DNA of 64,000 nucleotides from Geosiphon pyriformis uo1 (lineage: Eukaryota > Fungi > Glomeromycota). Position numbers and translations under genes: made by a program. Below are positions 53,516 through 64,000 of this stretch, in pieces. The DNA is taken from positions 33,687 to 97,686 of the forward strand of contig JAAOMT010000305.1 in assembly GCA_016748015.1 (NCBI GenBank), read 5' to 3'. The notes under the pieces were generated by a model that was not told the origin of the DNA, made no database searches, and worked only from the letters and a program-made list of their open reading frames with translations. How positions within the stretch are numbered: position 1 is the first letter of the stretch; each line of letters starts with the position of its first letter.

Positions 53516-54968
53516 ATGTCATCCCAACAACACTTTCACGCTTTATCCAATGATTTTGGGAATTTATTTAACAGTCAAAAGTTCTCTGATATTAGAACTT
53601 TTCATGCTCATTCCCAAATTTTAGTAGCAAAATCACCATATTTTGCTGTAGCACTCTCCAGAAATTGGATTAAAAGGGAGAATAATACTTTTATCTTCAC
53701 TAAACCAAATTTTTTTCCAAAACTTTTTAAGATAATTCTCAGGTGAGGTTTCATTTGTTTCAAGATATTTTGGCCAACATCAATTCATATGTTTTACTTT
53801 CCTGGACAGATATATTTATAATGACGAGATTTCTCTTGATAAACATGGAGTACCTACCATTTTAGAATTGCTTGCTACCACTGACGAGCTTATTCTAGAA
53901 AACATTATTGATCACCTTGAGGACTATTTAATTAAACACCGTGCAAAAGAGCTAGAAGAGAATTTCGCCACTTTGCAAAAAATTTCATTTATGCATGATT
54001 CTTTTAAAAAGTTACAAAAATTCTGCACCGAAATCGCTCCTAAAAATCCAGCTATAGTCTTCAACTTGCAAGATTTAACCTTCCTTAGTGAAAATGCTCT
54101 TTTCTCAATTTTAACCCGGGATGATCTAAATATAGAAAAATCTAAAATATGGGAAAAGATTTTAGAATGGGGAGTTGCTAAAGTGAATAAGAATATTCAA
54201 AAAAAAGTTCTTTACTGGATAGATGATAACTTTAACGCCTTTATGGAATCCATCGAAAGGCTTCTACCTTTAATCCGGTTCTTTAACATATCTTCAGTTG
54301 ACTTCTATCACAAAGTAAAACCATTTGCGAGAATCTTACCTGGACTTTATATGAAGATCTTTTACATCATTATCTCGTACCGGGTAGTCATCAAGAGTCT
54401 ATAGACGCTCAGCCATTACTATTAAATATTGATTCAAAGCTTCTTCGATCACATAATATAAAGCAGCTTGATCATTGGATTCAAGGCAAAAATACTCCTT
54501 TTGAACATCAACTTGGATATGATTTTAAATTGTTACTTCGAGGCAGTCAAGACGGATTTACTCCAGCCGATTTTCATCGATTATGCGATTATAAAGGAGC
54601 AACAATTAGCATAATCAAAGTGAAAGGAAGTGGTCAGATAATTGGTGGCTTTAACTCACAATCTTGGCACTCTCGGGAACAGCAGATAGATGGAAAAGGA
54701 AGTTTTATTTTTTCTCTTGAAGATGACAAAGCTGAAAATGCTATACTTAGCAAATTTGTTACAGGAAATGGAGCTTATGGTGGGACAGGTTGGGGACCTT
54801 ATTTTGGATATGACAATTTGAGATTGGGTGGCAATGAATTAAAAATAGTCAATGGTGCTATTGTCGAAAGACATTTATTTATGAACATGCTATAATGTCT
54901 GGGTCAGAAAATCAAGAGGTGAATTTCTCTGTCGAGGAGTATGAAGTTTTCCAAATCATAAAAAGATA
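53516..54968 (+). pseudogene. BTB/POZ-BACK-TLDc protein, frameshifted
   Basis: BTB: FHAHSQILVAKSPYFAVALS..W...ILR|YIY, intron 53743-53809. BACK: IWEKILEWG, LPLIRFFNISSVDFYHKVKPF. TLDc: KLLLRGSQDGF..FHRLCD.KG.TI...IIGGFN, SFIFS, GPYFG, VEEYEVFQI. Frameshifts near 54348, ~54845 and ~54915; short deletion in the BTB start. Confidence 0.88.
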
Positions 54969-56376
54969 AATTTGCTTTTATTTAATATATTTCTACACTG
55001 TCTGAAGGTTGTGCTGTCTATCTTGGAAACTTTCACTGGCAGAATATTCTATACCCTCTATTTTAGGCCTCAAAATAAAGCTAAAATAATAACATTTATC
55101 TATTTTAAAACATCAAAAAACTTTTATTCGGTTGATTAAAATAGGCTTCCAAACATCCACTAAAATAGTTCGATTATCTACATCTGTATGACAAATTTGT
55201 GACTTTGTAGAGTTACTCTGTTTCAGAATCAGTCGATTTTCATTGTTTTGTTTTTTTAATAATTGATATTTATTAATTTAACTTAACTTATTTCCCTCTT
55301 AATAAAGAAATAAGCATTTTTAAGATTTTTATAAATTTTATCTAGTGTGTTAATTTTACAAGGGCACCAAATATTACTAAAAATGTTGATTAAAATTTTT
55401 ATTTTTTAATATTGCTATTAAAAATAACCAGTTTTTTTTGTTGTAATTATATGCTGAAAATTTTCTTTAATTTGTTGTTATATGTTGTTACCAGTTTCTA
55501 AATTTTTATTATAATTAGTATATATTATTATTAAACATATTTAGCATTAATTAATTTAAATTTAAATTTACATTTATTTTATTTTTCAGAAAATTTATTT
55601 AACCAATATCTTAATTAGTAGCAATTAATAGCTTAAAAGTTATAGCATTTAAAATAAATACGATTTATCAAAACAAATATTTTATACTAGAAAATTTTGA
55701 AATTGATTATGCTATATTATATTAAAAATCAATAACTTTAAAATTTATTAGCTATTAAACTTAATAAATAATAATTTATTTGTCATATTTTAACTGAAAA
55801 AAAAGGTACATTAAATTTATTTATAATTATATTATAAAATTTTTTTTTATATAAATAATTATAATATTTAATAAAAACATAAATTATTTAACTTGAAAAT
55901 AACTTGATAAAAAAATCAGGTATACATTCTCTTTTTACTTTGAAAGTATTAACAATCTTTATTCATTCAGAGTTTTTATACTAATTATCTATGCTGGAAT
56001 GTCAAGAGGAGACCAATATTTGAACACTACTTTGTCAGAAAGTTAACAAGATTCCATGTCATTTGATTATGTTTTCGAGGGTTTTGCATAAGATAAGCTC
56101 TTATTTAGAAGATGTTCTTGTTGTCAAAGATTGTGAAATAAAATTCAAAAATGGCAGTTCGCATGATAATCAAAAACTAAATAAATAAATTTTTCATTTT
56201 AACTAATTCGCAAAATCTTTTAAACGAAAATGATTGCCATTATTTTTATCTCGGAACATGATAAATTACCTACAAATATATTCAAATCAGATAATAAACT
56301 AGGAACCCAACTTATGCTGTTTGAAGAGCATAATAAATTTTTTAAAAAATTTTGTCATACAAAATTCAAAAATTTT

Positions 56377-57790
56377 ATGGAGAAAAAATTTATCATTCCA
56401 ATATTTATCTACTTTGCATTTCACTTTTGGTCGCATGAAAATTCTAAAAGCTGGACAGTTTCTCATAAAGCCTTAAAAATTCAAAATTTCTATGAAGAGG
56501 ATGGAAATTTCACTTTCCCCATGATGGTTGATTGGAAAAATGAAATTAAAGTTCCCTTCCAATTCAATCGAATCACAAAACGATCTCAATCATTTCCTAA
56601 AATTTTACTAGATCCTGAAATAGGTTTTTTACCACTTTATAAAACTTTGGCATACCTTGCAAGTGATGCCTATTGCGATTTAGGAAATAGGCCTATAAAC
56701 GGTTTGATCCTTTTGAAATAAAATAATTGATTTTTGTTATCTTTGAATCAAATATTATTTTTTGCTATTTATCATAAATTTTTTAATCATTAGTCAAATT
56801 CAAATTTGTCACAAGTAATAGAACTCTTGTTACGGCGTTAGTTGTTTCCTTCGCAGGACCAGTAATTATTTGTTATTTCTTGAAATAGCATGTGAGAATC
56901 GAATTCACTAAATAAGAATTTCTTTATTTCTTTCGTAGAAAAGAAATAAAATTTCCTGGCACACTGAGATTGATAGACAAATTTTATTTCAAGTGAAAAA
57001 TTTCCCAACATATGATGATGTACGTGTTAATAAGCCAGTCTTGGAACTTATTGAATCCACCTTTCCTACAATTTTGAAAAATATACGGAAATATTTACAA
57101 AAAAATCCCAAGACGATCCAAATTTTTTTCATTGGGCATGCTCTTGGTGGAGGTTTGGGAAAATAGTAATTTTTTTTTAGTTTTGATATTAAAAATTTTG
57201 AAATAATTATTTATATTCTTGAAATACCAGCATACGCCTCAATTGCTGGTATTCGATGGGCGATGGAAGAATATGCGATTACTAAATCCAATTTATGGCC
57301 TGAAATAGATATGGAGGTAATTGGAGCGCAAATTATCACATTTGGAGCTCCGAGAATTGGAAATAGCCGATTCAGTAAATTTGCAAATATGGTAGTTCCA
57401 CATCATCGCATAACCCATGGGAATGACCATGTCCCACACTCTCCTTTGACCCCATTAGAGTGGAATCATTTTGGGTTTGAAATCTGGATTGAGCCATCAG
57501 AAAATTGCAATTGTTCTAATGAAGATCATCCATATTCATATTGGGATTGTAATTATCAATCAATTGTAACTACACAGGCACAAAGATATAAATGGCTTGA
57601 GGAATGGACTAGTGAGAATATAGTAAGTTTCATTTAAAGAAAAATCTTTTAAAACCGATAAAATTTGAAAAAATATTCTCTTTAGGAGTGTAATGGAGGA
57701 CAATCAATCATCAACGTTCCGGATGATTTGTTCCATGATGGGCCTTATTTCGACATTAGAATGGGTGATTGTAGTAGTAGTAGTAGTTAA
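56377..57790 (+). CDS. Secreted class 3 lipase-fold protein, five exons, apparently intact, nucleophile Ser replaced by Ala
   Basis: Exons ~56377-56701, 56794-56861, 56939-57152, 57231-57621, 57686-57790 splice in frame at GT-AG. Motifs LASDAYC, VVSFAGP, IGHALGGAYA, ITFGAPRIGN..F, RITHGNDHVP, WNHFGFEIWI, ECNG, HDGPYF..MGDC. Confidence 0.88.
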
Positions 57791-59439
57791 CTAATTTAAA
57801 AATTTTGAAAAGAAAAAAATAAAAATAATGATTTTATTTTTCAGACGAGTAACGGACCGCCCAATAATCCGCACAATTCTTACCATATATAACATTCGTT
57901 TTTAAAAAGATGTTTTTTGTGACTCATTTATGTGTATATATTTCGAGTTTTCAATTCAATCTTTAATTAAATAATAAATTAAACAAACAGGAATCTATTG
58001 TTATTAAAAGTAACCCACCGTAGATGCAAATTTAGGGTTTTTAGCCTTATAAAATTCTTCATCTGTCCGTTCATGGTTTTTTTAAAAAATTCTATTTGAA
58101 AATACGAAATTTGATAAATATTTTCATCACACACCTCAAAGAAGAGAGAAAAAATATTGAAAATTATCCTTTCAAGAGCTTCAATATTCGTTGTGTAACA
58201 TATTTATATTTCTAAGCGTTGGAATCGGTTTCGATCGAAATGCTTTGTGAATCAAGAAAATTATTTAGAAAACAATAATTATTTTTTAAATGTGTGGTTA
58301 CTTTTAAAATTTTCGTTTTTTGAAAATATCAGTACTTACTTAAAAATCTTTTTTACATACTAATCATAAAAAATCTTAATCGAGTTTAAATAAATTAGAT
58401 GATTTTCATAGGTCAGTTTGAAATATTTTCACATCTTTAGTCACATGATTAAAATAATAATAGTGGTATACAAAATTAGTTTTATAATTTTGAAAAAGAG
58501 CTTTTTTAACAATTGAAAATAAAAATTTTAAGAACATTTAATCGAATCAGAAATTAAAATCATTAATAATTATATTTAATGTTTTTCAACTTTAAAGCTA
58601 CTTATAAAATGAAGGATATTAAGATAAAACATTCTTTATTTATATTCTATTTGATGCTGTTCTTATCCTTCCACGTGCTCACTATAACTCTTATTTCTTT
58701 CTTGACGCTTTTTATGTTTTTTTATCAGAAAAATGATTTATATTTCATCTTAGTCAAAATAGAAATTCTTAAAAAATATTATTTTCCTAATTTTATTTTT
58801 ATTTTAAGAAAGCAATTTTTTCTATCTTACCTTAATAATAAGTCTATATCAAATTTTATAATTATGAAAAAATTTAATAAACATTAGAAAATTCTATAAA
58901 ATTTCATTTATAAAATTGAAACGACAACATTATATCAAAAAACAATAGTAAATTTTGAAAGAGAGCTTCTCAAGATTTAAAAATGGGTTAATTAATAGGT
59001 ATTATCTTCAGAAAATGTTAAGACTACAATAAAAACTTTTTTGAAAATAAACACAAATTTTAAAGTATAATATATAAGATTATGGAATTTGATAATTAAA
59101 ACTTTTTAAAGTATTAAGTTGTGACCAAATTTTATCGTTTTAAAAAAGTATTTTCATTTTTAATGATCTCTGTTCTCTCTATTCTAACATCTTTTTGTAT
59201 AAAAATTAACATATAATTGTATAGAATTAAAAAAGTATTGTTTATATTTGAGAATTTTATAAATAAAAGTTTGTTTTAAATATGTTTATATTATGTTGTA
59301 AGTTTATATAAATTGTGTTTAAAACATGCATGTATAATACTTCCATTAAATAATGTCGGATTTAAAATTAAACTTGAAAATTCTGATTATTTAAAAATTT
59401 ATACTTCAAATGAAAAAAATTATATCTAATTAATACTTT

Positions 59440-60030
59440 TTGGCCCTACATTTGACTTTAATACTGTTTAAATTCTCCTTGTAATTAAGACAATAAATTC
59501 TCCTTGAAATTGAGACAATAAATTCTTCGATAACAGGAAATCAAAATTTTCCCACTTCTTTAAGTTCAAACACAGACTTCGGAATGACTTTGTGTTTTTC
59601 GAATTATCTTTCAATAGTCTTCAAATTTTTTTAATAAGATTCAGGTTTGACATATTTACCGGCCAGTTGATAGTTGTAAATTTATTTTTTCTGCAATATA
59701 GACTGGCATGTTATTTTGCCTAGCTTCCAGTTTAACACCTTAATTGCATTCTGAAAAGGTAAAGCTGAACTTTAAGATGTAAATAAGATTTATTTTTCAC
59801 CATTTTTTTTGCATTCGTCACAAAATACACTAATGGTTCTTTTAATTCCATATAAAATACTCAGATAATTATAGATTTCATTCACTTTTGAAATTAGGAT
59901 TTCTCAACAGTGCTGCCAAAATTATTTGGTATAACAATTGCTTCCCAATGTTCATACTTGTTTTATTGGAGAAAAAGACATTCTCAATAGTAAAGCAGTG
60001 TTCTTTTTATTTTTTGCGACCATCTATATT
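59440..60030 (-). mobile_element. Degenerate Tc1/mariner transposase relic
   Basis: Minus strand reads FSNKT (FSDE), NNMPVY (DNAPxH), WPVNMSNLNLIKKI*RLLK (WPxxSPDLNPIENIW) and PKSVFELKE..WE in Tc1 order. TIRs not located. Confidence 0.7.
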
Positions 60031-62239
60031 TTTCGAAATAAAATTTGGATAAAATGCTTAATTTTAAACTTATCGGTATCTAAAAATTAAATTGTATATA
60101 TTATTTGAATTTTTAAATATTTATTATTAATTAAATAACTTGTCATCAAAAAGATTAAAGATCTTTACACTTTATGAATTAAAATTCTGTAGATGTTTAA
60201 TCTTCCAGTATTTTTATTTAATAGTTGTTTTTGAATTTTTTAAAAAGATTTGCATTATATTTAATTTTAAAATATTAATTATTAAAATTGTTGACCTTTG
60301 TTCATTTTTTGCTTTTCACAAATTGTTAGAGTAAAAAAAGACTTGGATGTATTTTTTATCATAATCAAAATTATTTAAGTAAAAAGGAATTATCAATTAT
60401 ATAAATTTACATTTTAAAATTTATAACTTATATGTGTAATTTTTTTTTAAATTTTTTTGGAATTATAATTCGTTTTAAATATTCACAATATAAAATATAA
60501 GTTTTTGAAAATTATAAAAATTACCTAAAAATTTAATAAATTTAATGCAGCTTGGAAAACAAATACAAATTTTAATGCCTATTATAACTATTTAAATTTT
60601 TTTACAATATTAATTTTTAACAAAAAAAAACAATTCTAATATCTATTAAGTTTATGAAATGAAAATGTACAATATGTCAAAAAGAACATATATATATAAA
60701 CAAACATAATTTATTTTTACAATATATTATTTCTTAAAAAAAACATATACATATGTTCGAAAAATTATAATTCTCACGCTTTGCAACATTAAACAAAATA
60801 TTTATTCAAATTTTTTTCATTAAGTGATTTTAGAAAATGATTAAAATATTAATGTAAAAATATTTAACTAGTTTTTATTATAAAAAAAAACTTTTATTAA
60901 ACACCATTATTGTTTATTGGTATTTTTAATTAAAGTTTTTTATACTATTTATTTTTGATATTTTAAAAACAATTAAGATTAAGTGGTTCTTATAAATAAA
61001 ATGACTTTGAATTATTTTAAACAGAATAAAACATTAACCTAAAAGGGAAGAACTGATGAAAATTAAATGAATATTTTTATTTGTAGTTTTAAATATCTTG
61101 TGTCTTATTAAAATAATAAATGTTAAATTTATCAAGATATTGTATTTAAATATTTATTTAAGATTGAAAAGCGCCCAAAAAATAAATAATAATTTTAAAT
61201 AATCATATTGTTAAAACGAAAAACTTAATTGATTATCCATATATTGTTTAATCGCTACATAATTACAATCTCAAATTATATAAAAATTAAATGCAATTCA
61301 TGTAATATTTATTTACTATCTTTGAGATCTTATTTTTACTTACAAATATATTTTTTTAAAATAACAATAAATTATACTAATTTATACAAATATAGCAAAT
61401 TATTTTTTTAATTTGTTGGGTTTTATAAATAGCAATAATAAAAATTTTCTATTAATGAATCATTTTGTCTAATATTTAAAGCATTACATTCAAAAGTTAA
61501 TAATCTCTTATATACTAATGTTTAAAAGTCACATAGATAAAAAAAAATAATCTCAATTAAAAGCTATTTTTTGCTATTTAAAAATAAGTTGATTTTTAAT
61601 TTTTTTTCAATCAACAATTAATAATAATATATGTCTATTCCAGCTTATTATATTAGAAAATTTATAAAATATTAAATGAGTTTTTTAATAAATTTTTAAT
61701 AAATTTAAATATTTTGTTTGTTTTTATATTTCAGAATCAGCAGTATCAAAATCAATCAATAAATTAACAAAACTCACCTAAAAATTTTATTTAAAAATTT
61801 TTTTTAGCCTATATTAATCTAGACCAGGAAATTAACATCCAATACTTTGACAATAGACACTTAGGAATAGTACTTGAAAGAATCTATCTAACTGATGCCG
61901 AATTTAATTTACAGTATCTAAAAGATCAATTTATAATGTTGTCAATTAAAAGCATAACCAAAATCGACTTAAAAATAGCAGTTCAAATTCTATTATAAGT
62001 AATAACTCAAATATTGTCATAATTAAGTTTTGCAAAAAAAGGAATAAACATTTAAGAGGGAGTAAATAACTCTGAATATACAGAAAATCTGATAATTTTA
62101 CTGCAAAACAACTTAGAAAAACCGAATGTCTGCTTCCACTTACGATCAATGACATGAATTGTTATTTAACCTCTGTGCTTGCCGCATTCAAGCTAAATGT
62201 CTGTTTCCACTTATAGTTATTGAGTGCATCATTGGTTAA

Positions 62240-62262
62240 ACTGTTCCTATTTACTATTTATT

Positions 62263-62293
<31 letters not shown>

Positions 62294-62338
62294 AATCAGC
62301 GGGAAAAGAAGACCCTATTGAGCTTGACTCTAGTTTGA
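62240..62338 (+). rRNA. Isolated fragment (pseudogene) of nuclear LSU 25S/28S rRNA
   Basis: GAAACCACAGCCAAGGGAACGGGCTTGG..AATCAGCGGG.AAAGAAGACCCT.TTGAGCTTGACTCTAGTTTGA is conserved eukaryotic LSU sequence. Flanks are not rDNA. Confidence 0.9.
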
Positions 62339-62355
62339 AACCAACAATTGACGGA

Positions 62356-62570
62356 TAACCACTGCTCACCAATAATTCGCGAATTCAACATTCGAATATA
62401 ACCACCACCCGTTAATGATTTGCAACTCAACATTCGAATATAACCACTGGCCACCAATAATTTGCGAATTCAAAATTCGAATATAACCACCACCTACTAA
62501 TCATTCACAACTCAACATTCGAATAACCATCACCCACCAATAATTCGCGATTCAACATTCGAATATAACC
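62356..62570. repeat. Tandem array of five 40-43 bp units
   Basis: Units start at 62356, 62399, 62441, 62484 and 62524. Conserved junction TCAACATTCGAATA-TAACCA. Confidence 0.92.
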
Positions 62571-63560
62571 AATGAATACGGAATTGAAATTCATCAAATA
62601 ACTGAATTAAATTTTAGGGTTACATGATGAGGAATTGATAATTTTTAGTCTGTTATTTATGTCTTCCAAGAATAAAGAGTGGGAGGGGGATAGTTTAAGA
62701 TTTCTTACAAGAGTGAAGAGCGGGAGAGGGTAGCCATATTTGTCAATTATCTTTTCTATATCCATCTAGTCTATATAGGTATAAAAATTTAACAGTATAT
62801 AACAAAGTTATCAGGGAAGGTTTTTACAATGGCAAAATTGTTCACCCGTTGCCAATTCTGATAAAACTCTTGTTATTTACTGTTTATTGTTTAAGCCTAT
62901 TGAAATTTAATTCAGAAATTTGAAATAATCGATATAAAATTTTAAAGAAATCTAGTGTATAATAAACTATTGTAATTAATATAAGTATTTTTAAATGATA
63001 ATAGTTCGGTAATAACTTTAAGAATTGCTAATATTAGCTTAAGTCCAAGCAATAATAACTTTATTTTTAAAATTAAGTAATATTGAGCATGCTTAATATA
63101 CTTTTTCACCGTGTAAAACGAAAACTCTCTGTCCTTGCTATCGAAATATATTAATTTGATCAGCACGAATAAAAAATTTTATGGTCAGTATCAATTGGGA
63201 AATATTTTTATGTCCATAAGTTTTAAATAAGAAAAATGTGAGTGTTTATTTTTAATTAAAACCAGAATTTTAAATTGAAAAACAAATTTTATTGGGATTT
63301 GATAATTTTATTTTAATTTACCTCAAATTAAATCCACACTGAAATACATTTTCAATGAAGGCAAGGCCAAAATGAAATTTTAATTACCTTAATTTTTTGA
63401 ACCTTTTGATTTAGTTAAATAATTGGAATGTCATAAAAAAATTTATTAAAAAAAGGCAATAGACAATATATCTTAATAAATGTATTCTAGAAAAATTTAA
63501 TTATCGGGATTAAATTTAATTTTAGTGTGCTTATTTTTGATAGTAAAAAAAAATGGCCAT

Positions 63561-63870
63561 TTAAGAATGATTGATTGTTACCATAGGAGGACATTGTGAT
63601 GCGAAAGCTTCTTCATTCGATGCAGCCTCGGTTCTACCATTGCATTCCTAAATATATAAAAAATGTTTAATAATTGTTCAGATTAAAAACTAAATTTTTG
63701 ATTCTATAACAACTTATTTGGGTTTCCAACTTTATCCCGCTCGTGGATTTGGGGCCTGGGCATAAATAAATGTTGAAATGATCCCCATTATTATTATCGG
63801 AAGTAGCACAGCCACAATCTTTTGGCGATATCCAAAGCTCCTGTCCATGGTGTTGCCAATAATAAGGATT
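63561..63870 (-). pseudogene. 3' part of a fourth class 3 lipase-like gene, probably pseudogene; may extend past the window end
   Basis: Minus strand YYWQHHGQELWISPKDCGC...IYLCPGP...ETQ, then ATAAGT where a GTAAGT donor is expected. Last exon 63647-63561 starts ECNG but lacks HxGPYF. Confidence 0.7.
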
Positions 63871-64000
63871 TCAACTGCAATTTTGTTTAAATCACATTCC
63901 CGAAAAGGCTAGATCTTGAAGAAATCTGAAACGCTAAAATAGGAGCTTGATTCATTCGCTTATTTCTATTGTTTAAATGGGTAGAACTCAAATGATGGTA

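Noticed and set aside
56230-56376. Upstream ATG extension of the lipase ORF
   Set aside because: ATG 56377 directly precedes the hydrophobic signal-like segment and is the more plausible start; unproven without transcripts.
59470-59527. 25-bp tandem duplication AAATTCTCCTTG.AATT.AGACAAT
   Set aside because: Local slippage within the Tc1 relic; no sign of function.
62356-62570. CRISPR-like appearance (constant ~20-bp core with variable intervals)
   Set aside because: The intervals are homologous to each other, no cas genes are present, and the context is eukaryotic.
63577-63645. Weak resemblance to the LSU rRNA peptidyl-transferase region (GTTACCAYAGG, TTCGATG)
   Set aside because: Better explained as the last exon (ECNG...) of the minus-strand lipase-like gene.

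Overview
Very AT-rich, intron-containing eukaryotic DNA from a gapped scaffold. The gene and TE repertoire points to a Glomeromycotina-type fungus; Archaeosporales/Geosiphon-like is my unverified guess. 1-8.5 kb holds a decayed LINE (RT+RNase H), a young 597-bp Tc1/mariner deletion derivative, a kinase 3' end and a truncated Sola-like transposase. 8.6-40.7 kb is a four-level nest. A Tc1 element (-) is split by Ty3/Gypsy element A (+). A is split by related element C (-), whose 5' LTR holds full-length element B (+) and an unrelated solo LTR D. A, B and C share an unusual layout: Gag-PR-[Cys-rich domain]-[acidic linker]-dUTPase-[dUTPase-like segment]-RT-RH-IN plus an extra 3' ORF. All three are destroyed by C>T/G>A transitions that are not limited to CpG. 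43-64 kb is host-gene territory: a Kelch-repeat membrane protein gene with duplicated 3' segments, a BTB-BACK-TLDc pseudogene, four class-3 lipase-like loci, a Tc1 relic, and an LSU rRNA fragment next to a 42/43-bp tandem array. The one fully readable lipase has Ala in place of the catalytic Ser. All alignments and reconstructions were done by eye.
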